DNA of 63,360 bases, filler included, from 6 parts of 6 records of this genome joined end to end with filler, not necessarily neighbours in it, one strand, 5' to 3'; positions 11,028 through 22,702 are shown, counted from the first letter of the whole stretch. The notes: generated from the sequence alone by a model not told the origin. Numbers and translations: made by a program.

Positions 11028-12221
11028 ATGGCCTGGAATGAACCGGGTGGAAACCGCAACGACAATGACCCCTGGGGTACTGGTGGTGGTCGTGGCGGAA
11101 ATGACCAGGGCCCACCGGACCTGGACGAGGCGCTGAAAAAGGGTCTCGACAAGCTCAATCGCTTGCTGGGTGGCAAGGGCAACAAGTCCGGAGGCAGTGG
11201 CGGCAGTTCGTCCTCGGGTGGCGCCGGCGGTTTTGGTGCCATCCTGGCGTTGGCGGCCATCATTTTTGCCGGATACGTGGTCTTTCAATCGTTCTACACC
11301 GTGAACGAGCAGGAGCGTGCGGTTGTGCTTCGCTTTGGCGAGTTCAGTCGTACTGAAACGCCGGGTCTGCGCTTCAAGGTTCCGTTGATCGATAGCGTTT
11401 ATCTGGTCCGGGTGACGAACGTCCGGAATGCGGAATCTACAGGCCAGATGCTGACACAGGACGAGAACCTCGTCTCTGTCGACCTTCAGGTCCAGTATCG
11501 TGTTGGTGATGCTCAGGCTTATGTGCTGAACGTCCGTGATTCCAACCAGGCATTGGCGTTTGCTACTGACAGCGCCTTGCGCCATGAAGTTGGTAGCTCA
11601 ACACTTGATGACGTGTTGACGGAAGGTCGTGCCGAGTTGGCCGTTCGCGTGGAGCAGCGCCTGCAGAGCTTCCTGGAAGAATACGGCACTGGCTTGACCA
11701 TTGTCCGTGTAAACGTCGAGAGCACTCAGCCACCCGATGCGGTGCAGGATGCCTTCCGTGAAGTGCAGCGCGCCCGTGAGGACGAGCAGCAGGTCAAGGA
11801 AGAAGCTGAAACCTACCGCAATAAAGTGGTCCCCGAGGCTCGTGGCCGGGCACAGCGCTTGACCGAGGAAGCGGCGGCCTACAAGGAAGAAGTGATTGAG
11901 CGTGCCCGTGGTGAAACCTCACGTTTCCTGGCGGTTCTTGGTGTGTATCAGACTGCGCCGGAAGTCACTCGCGAGCGTATGTACATCCAGGCGCTTGAAG
12001 GGGTTCTGTCGAATACCAGCAAAGTGCTGGTGGACACCCAGAGCAGCGACAATATGATGTACCTGCCTCTGGATAGGCTGACTAACCGTTCCGGTGCCAG
12101 CACCGGCAGCCAGAGCGGTTCCGGAAGCTCCGGCAGTGACATCGACATCAAGACCCTGTCAGATCAGGTGATTCAGGAGCTGCGTGGCAGGCAGGATAGT
12201 GGCGTTCGGAGGAGCAGATAA
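11028..12221 (+). CDS. hflK: FtsH modulator HflK
   Basis: MAWNEPG, DPWG, GPPDLDE, SPFH domain. Confidence 0.96.
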   Translation: MAWNEPGGNRNDNDPWGTGGGRGGNDQGPPDLDEALKKGLDKLNRLLGGKGNKSGGSGGSSSSGGAGGFGAILALAAIIFAGYVVFQSFYTVNEQERAVVLRFGEFSRTETPGLRFKVPLIDSVYLVRVTNVRNAESTGQMLTQDENLVSVDLQVQYRVGDAQAYVLNVRDSNQALAFATDSALRHEVGSSTLDDVLTEGRAELAVRVEQRLQSFLEEYGTGLTIVRVNVESTQPPDAVQDAFREVQRAREDEQQVKEEAETYRNKVVPEARGRAQRLTEEAAAYKEEVIERARGETSRFLAVLGVYQTAPEVTRERMYIQALEGVLSNTSKVLVDTQSSDNMMYLPLDRLTNRSGASTGSQSGSGSSGSDIDIKTLSDQVIQELRGRQDSGVRRSR

Positions 12222-13099
12222 TGATGGGACCCAAAAGTATTGTGGGCCTTGCAGGCGCCCTGATTGTCGTACTGGTTACGCTCTCCAGTGTTTACATTAT
12301 CCCGGAAACCCATCGTGGCGTGCTGCTGCGGTTCGGTGAGTTGATCGAAACGGATATTTCAGCCGGGCTTCACTTCAAGGTGCCGGTCATTGATCAGGTC
12401 CGGGAATTCGACATCCGATTGCTGACAACGGATCTTCCATCGCGTCAGTATTTGACCATCGAGAAGAAGCCGCTGGACGTCGATTCCTACATCGCCTGGA
12501 AAATCCGCAACGTGGATCAGTTCTACCGGGCCACTGGTGGTGACGAATACCGCGCCTCCGAGCTGCTGTTGTCTCGCGTGGATAACGGCCTGCGGGATGA
12601 GTTCGGTGTTCGGACCATGGTCGAGGTCGTTTCCGGCCAGCGTGACGAGCTGATGCACACCCTGCGTGACCGGGTGAACGAAACGTCGCTCAAGGAATTT
12701 GGCATTGAAGTGGTGGATATCCGCGTCAAAGCCATTGAATTCCCGGGGCAGGTGAGCCAGAACGTCTATCGTCGAATGGCGACCGAGCGCGAGAAACTGG
12801 CGCAGGAATTCCGCTCCCGCGGTCGCGAGTTGGCGGAGGGTATTCGCGCGGATGCTGATCGCCAGCGCACCGTTATCCTGGCGGAAGCCTTTGCCAAGGC
12901 TGAGGAAATGCGTGGTGAAGGTGATGCTCAGGCCGCCCAGATCTATGCCGATGCCTATGGGTCTAACAGCGAGTTCTATAGCTTCTACCGCAGTCTGGAA
13001 GCCTATCAGAACACCTTTGCCAATGAAGACGACATCATGGTCATCGACACTGATAGCGACTTCCTGAAGTTCCTGAAGGACCCTCAGGGAAACCGCTAA
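12221..13099 (+). CDS. hflC: FtsH modulator HflC
   Basis: SPFH domain, FYSFYRSLEAY; TAATG coupling to hflK. Confidence 0.96.
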   Translation: MMGPKSIVGLAGALIVVLVTLSSVYIIPETHRGVLLRFGELIETDISAGLHFKVPVIDQVREFDIRLLTTDLPSRQYLTIEKKPLDVDSYIAWKIRNVDQFYRATGGDEYRASELLLSRVDNGLRDEFGVRTMVEVVSGQRDELMHTLRDRVNETSLKEFGIEVVDIRVKAIEFPGQVSQNVYRRMATEREKLAQEFRSRGRELAEGIRADADRQRTVILAEAFAKAEEMRGEGDAQAAQIYADAYGSNSEFYSFYRSLEAYQNTFANEDDIMVIDTDSDFLKFLKDPQGNR

Positions 13100-13118
13100 C
13101 CACGACGATGGTAGTGAC

Positions 13119-13151
13119 AAAACCGGAATACCTCGGTATTCCGGTTTTTTT
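13119..13151 (+). terminator. Intrinsic terminator after hflC
   Basis: AAAACCGGAATAC-CTCG-GTATTCCGGTTTT followed by T-tract. Confidence 0.9.
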
Positions 13152-13283
13152 GTGTCTGCCAACAGTGTAAAATTCTGCCGGTTTTGGTTCGGGTTTTTAT
13201 CTTTCCCCGAGCATCGCCCTAAATCCTGTGCACTCTCGCGGCAAGAAGCTTCCGCCCCGGGACAGAACGGACAACCGAATCTC

Positions 13284-14465
13284 ATGACAGTATCTGATCG
13301 CTGGCTACTGCCTGATGGCGTGGAAGACATCCTTCCGCCATTGGCTGGACAGATTGAATCCCTGCGCCGGGATGTAATGGATACCTGCCAGCGTTGGGGT
13401 TACCAGCTGGTTATCCCGCCGTTGATCGAATACCTCGAATCACTTTTTACGGGCACCGGGCACGACCTGGAGCTTCAGACCTTCAAGCTGACTGATCAGC
13501 TGACCGGCCGGATGATGGGGCTGCGTGCGGACATGACGCCGCAGGCAGCACGCATTGATGCCCATACCCTCGGCCAGGAAGGTATTACGCGGCTGTGTTA
13601 TGCCGGCCATGTGCTCCACACCCGACCGCGCCATATGCTGACAGGGCGCACGCCCATCCAGGCGGGTTGCGAGCTGTTTGGTAGCGCCTCCGAATCGGCG
13701 GATCTGGAAGTGATCAGCCTGATGCTTGAAACCCTGCGTGTATCGGGTTTGCCCAGAATCCATCTGGATCTTGCCCATGTCGCGATCTACGAGACATTGG
13801 TTGGAGAGGCCGGGTTTGATCGCGATACCGGCGCGGCCATCTTTGATGCCATGGCCCGTAAGTCTGTGCCGGAACTGGATGAATTGCTGGGCGGGTGCCC
13901 ACCGGGTTCTGCTGGCGGCATGCTCAGAGAGCTGGCCAGAGTCAGCGGTGGGAAGGATGCCCTGCGTGAGGCAAAGCGCATTCTTGAAGGGGCGCCGGAA
14001 CCGCTTCGTCAGGCGCTGGATCAACTGGATCGAGTGGCGGATATGCTGTCCGCGAGCTATCCAGAGGTAAGCTTCGGGTTCGATTTTTGTGAGCTTCGAG
14101 GATACAACTACCATACCGGGCTGGTGTTTGCGGCCTATGTGCCGGGGCATGGTGACGCGGTTGCCAAGGGCGGTCGCTACGATGCCATTGGCAGTGATTT
14201 CGGCCGTGCACGTCCGGCGACGGGCTTTAGTCTTGATATCCGTGCGCTGGTCTCACTTGGTCAGCGAACCGGCCGCGCTGGCAAGGCCATATGGGCGCCA
14301 GCCACCGAAGATCCTGCGCTGGATGGCGTGATTTCCGGCCTGCGGATGACGGAGACGGTTATCCGCGCCCTGCCGGAAGACGAGGGCGTTGATCCTGGCA
14401 CGCGCAATTGCGATCGTGCCCTGGTGAAGCGAGACGGCCAGTGGGTCGTGGAGCAGTTGGACTGA
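13284..14465 (+). CDS. hisZ: ATP phosphoribosyltransferase regulatory subunit
   Basis: MTVSDRWLLPDGVEDILP, LRADMTPQ, GGRYD, RPATGFS; upstream of purA. Confidence 0.94.
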   Translation: MTVSDRWLLPDGVEDILPPLAGQIESLRRDVMDTCQRWGYQLVIPPLIEYLESLFTGTGHDLELQTFKLTDQLTGRMMGLRADMTPQAARIDAHTLGQEGITRLCYAGHVLHTRPRHMLTGRTPIQAGCELFGSASESADLEVISLMLETLRVSGLPRIHLDLAHVAIYETLVGEAGFDRDTGAAIFDAMARKSVPELDELLGGCPPGSAGGMLRELARVSGGKDALREAKRILEGAPEPLRQALDQLDRVADMLSASYPEVSFGFDFCELRGYNYHTGLVFAAYVPGHGDAVAKGGRYDAIGSDFGRARPATGFSLDIRALVSLGQRTGRAGKAIWAPATEDPALDGVISGLRMTETVIRALPEDEGVDPGTRNCDRALVKRDGQWVVEQLD

Positions 14466-14538
14466 TGACCTTCGGGGTCGGGCCACTCATTTACAGGTAA
14501 ACCTGCGGGCACCCCATCAATTGGCGGGGCCGCACTGA

Positions 14539-15843
<1,305 letters not shown>

Positions 15844-15868
15844 CCTTCCTGGGTTGTCGCGGACACCT

Positions 15869-16864
15869 TCAGGGCTTGTCCGCGATAACCGTCGCCCTTT
15901 TCGGACCCGGATAACCTTCCACGGTCTTCGTTGGGTCGTCCGGGTCGAGAAAGTCCTGCAGCGACTGGAATTGCATCCAGTCAGTGCTGCGTTGCTCCTC
16001 GATCGTGGTTTCTGTCACATCCACCACGCGGGCGTTGCAAAAACCGGTTCGGTCCAGCCAGCGCAACAGAGTGTCGCAGCTGGGCAGGAACCAGACGTTG
16101 CGCATCTGGCCGTAGCGGTCCTCCGGCATCAGGCTGTAACCTTCCGGCCCATCCGCTATCAGCGTTTCCAGCACCAGTTCGCCACCCGGGCGGAGTGTGT
16201 CTTTCAGTTCCAGTAAGTGATCAAGTGGTGAGCGACGGTGGTAGAGCACACCCATTGAGAAAGTGGTGTCGAATGCTTCCAGCTTTGGCGGCAGATCCTC
16301 TACGCGCACCGGGAGCAGATCAATGCGCTGCTCCTGGCCTGCATACTGTTTGACGCTGAGAAACTGGAACAGGAATAACAGTCCTGGGTCGATGCCAATC
16401 ACCCGGCCGGCTCCTTCGCCCAGCATGCGCCAACAGTGATAGCCAGAGCCGCAACCGACATCCAGTATCTGCCGACTACTCAGGTCTGACAGGTAGGGAG
16501 CGACGCGGTCCCATTTCCAGTCAGAACGCCACTCGGTATCGATATAGGTGCCAAAGAATTCGAACGGGCCCTTACGCCAGGGCATCAGTCCTCGCAGCCC
16601 TTCTTCGAGCTTTGCACGGTCTTCTGTGCTGAGGGGCTGGTCGGAGTTCAGGGTAATGGCCGACTGGTTCAGGTTCGCCGTGGCATCACCAATGTGGGGC
16701 AGGGTGTCCAGAGCCCGGTTCCATCGGGCAATATCCCCATGAGGGTTGTCGTCAAAGCGCTTTTGTAGCTGTTGCTGCAGTTGCTTTCGCCAGCGCTCAA
16801 GGCCACGGCTATCAAGATCGTCAAGCAGCGGGGCAAAGCACCCCTGCCAGTTGAAGGTCGTCAT
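15869..16864 (-). CDS. cmoB: tRNA cmo5U34 carboxymethyltransferase CmoB
   Basis: PWRKGPF, IDTEWRSDWKW, MGVLYHRRSP, TVEGYPGP. Confidence 0.95.
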   Translation of the reverse strand: MTTFNWQGCFAPLLDDLDSRGLERWRKQLQQQLQKRFDDNPHGDIARWNRALDTLPHIGDATANLNQSAITLNSDQPLSTEDRAKLEEGLRGLMPWRKGPFEFFGTYIDTEWRSDWKWDRVAPYLSDLSSRQILDVGCGSGYHCWRMLGEGAGRVIGIDPGLLFLFQFLSVKQYAGQEQRIDLLPVRVEDLPPKLEAFDTTFSMGVLYHRRSPLDHLLELKDTLRPGGELVLETLIADGPEGYSLMPEDRYGQMRNVWFLPSCDTLLRWLDRTGFCNARVVDVTETTIEEQRSTDWMQFQSLQDFLDPDDPTKTVEGYPGPKRATVIADKP

Positions 16865-16875
16865 GGAGGCTCCGT

Positions 16876-17631
16876 TCAGTGCGATTTAATGGCGAGCATG
16901 GAGACAAAGTTGAAACACTGGTACCACACCATAACCTGACTAAATCCTGCGTTTATCAGTCTCTCACGGTGTTCGGCCAGGGTTTCCGGTATCAGTACCT
17001 GTTCCAGGGCGGAACGCTTCTGACTGATCTCCAGGTCGGAATAGCCGTTGGCCCGTTTGAACTCGTGATGGAGTTGGGTCTGTGTTGATTGCTCGGAATC
17101 GGATTCAAAGCGAATTTTCTCGGAGAGGATCAGTACTCCGCCGGGCAGTGTGGCGTCGGCGATGCGAGCCATCAGTTCTGCGCGTCTGTCTGGCGCCACG
17201 AACTGCAGTGTGAAGTTCAGGGTGGTCACCGACGCGTTCTCAATCGGGGTGTCGAGGATGTCCTCGCACCGCAGCGAAACCGGCAATGGGTGGTCGTCCA
17301 GAGCAATATAATGCTCGCAACGCTCAATCATGGCAGCCGAGTTGTCCACGCCTGTAAGGGTGCAGTCGCGGTCCCCAATGCCATGGCGCATGGCCAGAGT
17401 GGAGGCGCCGAGAGAGCAGCCGAGATCGTAGCAGTGACTGCCCGGGCGGGCATACTGTTCGGTGATCACTTCAATCATTGGAATAATCGTGGTGTAACCC
17501 GGTACTGAGCGCCGGATCATGTCCGGAAATACCCGAGCCACCGATGTGTCAAACCGGAATTCTCCGGTTTCCCGTTCAGTGGCGAACAGACGGTCCAGCG
17601 CCTGGCCCGGTTTTTTGTTCCTGTCAGCCAT
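16876..17631 (-). CDS. cmoA: Carboxy-SAM synthase CmoA
   Basis: FPDMIRRSVPGY, YDLGCSLGA, NFTLQF, NGYSDLEISQKR; true start MADRNKK. Confidence 0.95.
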   Translation of the reverse strand: MADRNKKPGQALDRLFATERETGEFRFDTSVARVFPDMIRRSVPGYTTIIPMIEVITEQYARPGSHCYDLGCSLGASTLAMRHGIGDRDCTLTGVDNSAAMIERCEHYIALDDHPLPVSLRCEDILDTPIENASVTTLNFTLQFVAPDRRAELMARIADATLPGGVLILSEKIRFESDSEQSTQTQLHHEFKRANGYSDLEISQKRSALEQVLIPETLAEHRERLINAGFSQVMVWYQCFNFVSMLAIKSH

Positions 17632-17995
17632 TGTCTGCTGGCTCCTGGCCCTCATGGACAGGCCTGTCGTGTGCGGGTGTCGGGCCTCGGCTGCAGCGTA
17701 CGCCCCGGTTCTTGTAATCAACGAGGATGCCCCGGAACTCCGGGTCCACATCGGCGGCGATGGCCAGATACCCCTGTTCGCAGACAGCGTGGAGTTCCGA
17801 TGACTTGGGCGACATGCGGAACTCTTCGCCAGGTTTGATGTGAACGGCCTCAAATTCCCCCACCGGCACATGATCCTTATTCTCGGCATGATCAATCCGC
17901 CCGCTGGCCTCCAAAACCACGATGGTAACGATGATGGTGGCAATGGCAGTGACAATCAGGCTGCGGACGGTAAATCGGGCCTCACTTTGGCTCAT
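17624..17995 (-). CDS. Hypothetical membrane-anchored protein
   Basis: 123 aa ORF with N-terminal TM helix, GGAG SD, 8-nt overlap with cmoA. Confidence 0.7.
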   Translation of the reverse strand: MSQSEARFTVRSLIVTAIATIIVTIVVLEASGRIDHAENKDHVPVGEFEAVHIKPGEEFRMSPKSSELHAVCEQGYLAIAADVDPEFRGILVDYKNRGVRCSRGPTPAHDRPVHEGQEPADNG

Positions 17996-18028
17996 CGGTT
18001 GGTCTCCGGTCTGTCGGTAATAGTGGCC

Positions 18029-19030
18029 TCAATATTGGCCGGGTACATGAATGGAAGGGGCCTGTAGCGCCGCCAGTTGTTCCCGAAGTGACAGGATCTG
18101 GTCGGACCAGAAACGCGGCTGGGCAAACCAGGGGAAGAAACGCGGGAAGGCCGGGTCGTCCCAGCGCTTGGCCAGCCAGGTGCAGTGGGAAATCTGCCGG
18201 AAGCAGCGCATGGGTTCAATCAGATGACGCTCACGACGATTGAAATCGCGGAACATCTCGTAGCCTTCCAGTAGTTCACCAAATTGCTGGCCACGTTCAA
18301 CGTCATCACCGTTCAGTAACAGCCACAAATCCTGAATCGCAGGCCCGGTACGGCAATCGTCCAGGTCGACAAACAGCATCTGTTCCTCGCGGCAGAGGAT
18401 GTTGCCGGCGTGGCAGTCACCATGAATTCTCAGGGAGTGCACCTCGCCAGCGTCATCGATCCGACGGGCGCAGTGGTCGACAAGATCGGGAATCAGCGAG
18501 TCCCACGCTGGCCGAAGGTCATCTGGAATCCAGCGGTTTTCCGTAAGGAACCGATTGTTATCCTCAATGCCCGAAAGAATCGACATAACCGGGCGATGGT
18601 TGAAGGGCTCAGTGTCACCGATATTGTGGAGCTGGCCCAGCCACTGGCCGAGGCGGTACAGGGTATCTGTCACGCTGGTGTCGGGCGCCTGCCCGCCCCG
18701 CTGCTGAAATACGGCAAACAGAAAGTCCCCGCAACGGCCCAGTGTATCGCCGGAGGGCATAGCCATGGGCGCCACGACCGGAATATCGGCGTTGAGCAAC
18801 TGGACGGTAAACTGATGTTCTTCCCGGATCTGGGCTTCGCTCCAGCGCCCCGGACGGTAAAACTTGGCGATTACCGGTGGCTGGTCTTCAATACCAATCT
18901 GGTAAACACGGTTCTCGTAGCTGTTGAGGGCAAACAGGCGTCCACTGACCACAAATCCGGCGTCTTCCAGGGCATCAAGAATGGTATCGGGGGTAAGGGC
19001 GTCGTAAGGATGGCTGGAGGTTTCGGTCAT
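18029..19030 (-). CDS. srkA: Stress response Ser/Thr kinase SrkA/RdoA
   Basis: LNSYENRVY, KFYRPGRWS, HGDCHAGN, DLDD, AKRWDDPAFP. Confidence 0.93.
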   Translation of the reverse strand: MTETSSHPYDALTPDTILDALEDAGFVVSGRLFALNSYENRVYQIGIEDQPPVIAKFYRPGRWSEAQIREEHQFTVQLLNADIPVVAPMAMPSGDTLGRCGDFLFAVFQQRGGQAPDTSVTDTLYRLGQWLGQLHNIGDTEPFNHRPVMSILSGIEDNNRFLTENRWIPDDLRPAWDSLIPDLVDHCARRIDDAGEVHSLRIHGDCHAGNILCREEQMLFVDLDDCRTGPAIQDLWLLLNGDDVERGQQFGELLEGYEMFRDFNRRERHLIEPMRCFRQISHCTWLAKRWDDPAFPRFFPWFAQPRFWSDQILSLREQLAALQAPSIHVPGQY

Positions 19031-19039
19031 AAATAAGGT

Positions 19040-19462
19040 TTAGTATCTCGAATTCTGTTGGGACTTCATGCTGGCGAGGTGATACCAGTTTTCGTCCAGT
19101 TCCCATCGCACCCGATCAATGCCAGACGCGCTGAGGACGATGTTGCCTGCCTGGGCCTGGACCTGGGCCAGTTCACGCTCGGCCCGTTGCCAGTCACGAT
19201 CATTGTCTCCCAGGTTACGCATGCTCGGAAAAATGGTGGTGAGTGCTTCGTGCGTCGAGGTTTCATGGGAGCGCAGTGAGCTCATGATGGCGGTCCCTCC
19301 TTCAACCCGGAGAACGCGATGCTGATAAGGATAGTTGGCCACCATTTCATCGGCCTTCAGTGCCTGGTTCAGGCTGATGACTTCAAAGCCTCGCCAGCCA
19401 AGCCAGCCAACAAATATGGCCGCCACCAGCATTACAATAATAAACTGCTTCCTGTCAGACAT
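19040..19462 (-). CDS. Hypothetical membrane-anchored protein
   Basis: ORF with N-terminal TM helix, YPYQHRVL and VRWELDENW motifs; start 19462 or 19486. Confidence 0.7.
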   Translation of the reverse strand: MSDRKQFIIVMLVAAIFVGWLGWRGFEVISLNQALKADEMVANYPYQHRVLRVEGGTAIMSSLRSHETSTHEALTTIFPSMRNLGDNDRDWQRAERELAQVQAQAGNIVLSASGIDRVRWELDENWYHLASMKSQQNSRY

Positions 19463-19607
19463 CGGTTCCCTGCTCCGTGCACTCAATTCACGGCCAAGTA
19501 TAACGTTTCGGGGGCGACACCGTAATGCGATTCGGGCTTTTTAGCCAACGAGCGTGTTGGTGATGCTGACAAACGATCGAAACACAACGCGGGTGACGTT
19601 AAAGCAG

Positions 19608-20723
19608 ATGACAGGGCGAGACATAGTACAGGCAGATACCGTGGTCGTCGGTGCCGGCATTGTCGGCCTCGCAGTGGCCAGGACGCTGGCCAAGCAGGGC
19701 AGGGAGGTGCTGGTGCTGGAATCCGGCGCTCACTTTGGCGAAGGGGTGTCGTCCCGCAATAGTGAGGTTATCCATGCTGGGATCTACTATCCCGAGGACT
19801 CCCTCAAGGCCCGGTTGTGTGTTCGTGGTCGTCGGATGTTGTATGAGTACTGTCAGACCCGTGGCATCGACCACCGCAAAACCGGCAAGTGGATTGTGGC
19901 CAATGGCGCGTCGCAGGTGGAGAGGCTCGACACTATCGCCAGTCAGGCCCTTCGCAACGGTGTTCCGCTCCAGCGGGTAACCCGCAGGGCCCTGCGGGTG
20001 TCTCTGCCGGACGTGACCGCCCAGGAGGCGTTGTACTCACCGGAAACGGGCATTGTAGACAGTCATGGTGTGATGCTGTCGTTGCTGGGAGAGCTGGAGG
20101 ACTACGGTGGCCATTTGGTCCGCCAGGCGCCTGTAGAACATGCGGCGACCTGTGACGGAGAGCATCGGTTGCAGGTTGGAGGGCCGGCGCCCTGTGAGCT
20201 CAGGGCGCAACGGGTGGTGAACGCAGCCGGCCTCGGAGCAGTACCATTGGCCACGAGCTGGCAGGGAGTGCCAGCGGATATCGCGCCCCGCCAGTGGCTG
20301 GCCCGAGGTGTCTACTTCAGCTATTCCGGTCGCCACCCCTTCCGTTCATTGGTATACCCGATCCCTGAACCAGGCGGCCTCGGCGTTCACCTGACGCTTG
20401 ATCTAGCGGGCCAGGCTCGATTCGGGCCCGATGTTGAATGGATAGAGCGAGTGGACCTCTCGGTTGACCCCGGTCGGGCAAGGTCGTTTGCTGAAAGTAT
20501 TCGCCGTTGGTGGCCAGCATTGGACGAGTCCCGCCTGCAGCCCGCCTATGCCGGCATTCGTCCCAAGCTTGCTGGCCCGGATGGTGGGTTTGCGGATTTC
20601 CGGATCGCCGGAGAACGTCGGCACGGTGTTGCCGGACTGGTGCACCTGTTCGGCATTGAGTCGCCGGGATTAACGGCTGCTTTGGCCATTGCGGATGAAG
20701 TGGCAGGGCAGCTCGCCGACTAA
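19608..20723 (+). CDS. FAD-dependent oxidoreductase, L-2-hydroxyglutarate oxidase (LhgO) family
   Basis: VVGAGIVG, SSRNSEVIHAGIYY, GLGVHLT, FGIESPGLT. Confidence 0.88.
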   Translation: MTGRDIVQADTVVVGAGIVGLAVARTLAKQGREVLVLESGAHFGEGVSSRNSEVIHAGIYYPEDSLKARLCVRGRRMLYEYCQTRGIDHRKTGKWIVANGASQVERLDTIASQALRNGVPLQRVTRRALRVSLPDVTAQEALYSPETGIVDSHGVMLSLLGELEDYGGHLVRQAPVEHAATCDGEHRLQVGGPAPCELRAQRVVNAAGLGAVPLATSWQGVPADIAPRQWLARGVYFSYSGRHPFRSLVYPIPEPGGLGVHLTLDLAGQARFGPDVEWIERVDLSVDPGRARSFAESIRRWWPALDESRLQPAYAGIRPKLAGPDGGFADFRIAGERRHGVAGLVHLFGIESPGLTAALAIADEVAGQLAD

Positions 20724-20738
20724 TGCGTTTGCATACCT

Positions 20739-21518
20739 TTATCCGGGGGTTCTTGCCAGCGCCCAGATCTGAACCTCCCTGGCGCCGGCCTCAAGCAGCA
20801 CTTCAGTCAGGCTTCGTGCAGTGGCGCCGGTGGTGACCACGTCATCAACGATGGCAATACTGGCCGGTGGTATACGGGTAACCTGGTAGATTCCCCGCAG
20901 GTTGGCCAGGCGCTCTTCGCGGTTCAGTCCTCGTTGTGGCCGGGTGCGCCGGTTCCTGACGACAAGGTCAGCGCTCCAGGGAATGCCCGATTGACGGCTG
21001 ATGTGCTCTGCAATATCCGCCGCTTGATTGAATCCTCGTTTTCGTCGACGGGCCGGATGCATCGGGCTGGCCAGAAGCAGGTCCGGCGTGCGTTCAGGAT
21101 GGGTCTCCAGCATCAATGTCAGATGAGTGCTCAGATCCTGGATCAGGGGGCGGGCATAGGCGCGTTGGCCATTGTATTTGTAGCGCTGGACCATACCGTC
21201 AACCGGGAATCGATAGCGCCAGGGCGCGACGATTCGGCTGAAGGGCGGTGGGTCTTTCAGGCACTGACCGCAGATGAGTTCATCGCCAGCGTAGGCGATA
21301 GGCAGTGCGCAGCAGCGGCAGTGCGAGTGGTTGGCGGGCAAGTCCTGCCGGCAGGGAGTGCAGAGCCCGAAATGGGCATGCGGTTCCAGGCAGGCCACGC
21401 ATTGCCCGCCGCGCAGCTGAAATAAGCCCTTGATGCTGATTTGAGCGCGCGGAATCCGTTTCGCGCTGTTAACCTTTGGTGTGATCAAGGTTGACAGCGA
21501 TTTCAGTCCCTTTATCAT
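20739..21518 (-). CDS. comF: ComF family amidophosphoribosyltransferase-like protein (start uncertain)
   Basis: Double zinc-ribbon CxxC motifs, RGFNQA, IVDDVVTTGAT; divergent from bioB. Confidence 0.9.
   Translation of the reverse strand: MIKGLKSLSTLITPKVNSAKRIPRAQISIKGLFQLRGGQCVACLEPHAHFGLCTPCRQDLPANHSHCRCCALPIAYAGDELICGQCLKDPPPFSRIVAPWRYRFPVDGMVQRYKYNGQRAYARPLIQDLSTHLTLMLETHPERTPDLLLASPMHPARRRKRGFNQAADIAEHISRQSGIPWSADLVVRNRRTRPQRGLNREERLANLRGIYQVTRIPPASIAIVDDVVTTGATARSLTEVLLEAGAREVQIWALARTPG
21467..21496. promoter_or_regulatory. BirA operator overlapping the bioB -35
   Basis: TGTTAACC-N14-GGTTGACA, matching proteobacterial BirA consensus TGTaAACC-N14-16-GGTTtACA. Confidence 0.8.
21491..21518 (+). 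promoter_or_regulatory. Sigma70 promoter of the bio operon
   Basis: TTGACA-N16-TATCAT about 50 nt upstream of bioB. Confidence 0.6.
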
Positions 21519-21567
21519 CTGTTCAATCCGTAAACCAGAATCCCGGTAAAGTTAACAGGACTGAATC

Positions 21568-22674
21568 ATGACTGCCACCGCACACGCCGATGCACCCTCT
21601 ATAGCGCCTTCTACCGCGCTTTCTACCTCACCGCGCCACGATTGGACCATGCAGGAAGCCCGTGCGTTGTTCGAACTGCCATTCAATGACCTGGTGTTCC
21701 GGGCTCAGAGCGTCCATCGTGAGCATTTCGACCCGAATGAAGTGCAGATCAGCACGCTCCTGTCCATCAAGACCGGTGCCTGCCCGGAGGACTGTAAATA
21801 CTGTCCCCAGAGCGGTCATTACAACACCGGCCTGGAAAAGGAAAAACTGCTGGAAATTGAAAAAGTGGTTGCTGAGGCCAAGGCCGCCAAGGCAAAGGGC
21901 GCGTCCCGTTTCTGTATGGGGGCGGCCTGGCGTAGCCCGTCGAAGAAAAACATGGAATATGTCGTGGATATGGTGCGCCAGGTGAAATCCCTGGGCCTGG
22001 AAACCTGCATGACTCTCGGCATGCTGAAGCAGGAACAGGCCGACGAGCTGGCCGAAGCCGGGCTGGATTACTACAACCACAATCTGGATACGTCCGAAAA
22101 GTACTACAGCCATATCATTACCACCCGCACCTATCAGGACCGGCTGGACACCCTCGAGAATGTCCGTAATGCAGGCATGAAAGTATGCTGCGGCGGCATC
22201 GTGGGCATGGGAGAAGACCCTGACGATCGTGCTGGCCTTCTGGTTCAGTTGGCGAATCTGCCCCACCATCCGGAGAGCGTGCCGGTGAACATGCTGGTGA
22301 AGGTGGCAGGAACGCCGATGGAAAATGTGGAAGATCTGGACCCGTTCGACTTTATCCGCACCATCGCTGTTGCTCGGATCATGATGCCTGCCTCGCACGT
22401 GCGATTGTCTGCGGGCCGTGAAAATATGAATGAGCAGATGCAGTCCCTGTGCTTCCTGGCTGGTGCGAACTCGATTTTCTATGGCGAGAAGCTGCTGACG
22501 ACCGCCAACCCCGAGGCGGATGCGGACCGCGAGTTGTTCAAGCGTCTGGGCATTCGGCCTGAAGAGCGCGAGCAGTCCTGCACCGAACAGGAAGCGGAAG
22601 AAGCTATCGTTGAAGCGGTCGAATACGAACAGACCCGTCACATGTTCTACGATGCCACCCGTGAGTCTGCATAG
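21568..22674 (+). CDS. bioB: Biotin synthase
   Basis: Radical [40 protein letters not shown]. Confidence 0.98.
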   Translation: MTATAHADAPSIAPSTALSTSPRHDWTMQEARALFELPFNDLVFRAQSVHREHFDPNEVQISTLLSIKTGACPEDCKYCPQSGHYNTGLEKEKLLEIEKVVAEAKAAKAKGASRFCMGAAWRSPSKKNMEYVVDMVRQVKSLGLETCMTLGMLKQEQADELAEAGLDYYNHNLDTSEKYYSHIITTRTYQDRLDTLENVRNAGMKVCCGGIVGMGEDPDDRAGLLVQLANLPHHPESVPVNMLVKVAGTPMENVEDLDPFDFIRTIAVARIMMPASHVRLSAGRENMNEQMQSLCFLAGANSIFYGEKLLTTANPEADADRELFKRLGIRPEEREQSCTEQEAEEAIVEAVEYEQTRHMFYDATRESA

Positions 22675-22702
22675 GCAGACAGCATGTCTGTGAGGGCTGG
22701 CC

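Noticed and set aside
17632-17955. Apparent N-terminal extension of CmoA overlapping another ORF
   Set aside because: CmoA homology starts near MADRNKK (17631); the upstream region is better explained by the 123-aa ORF in another frame.
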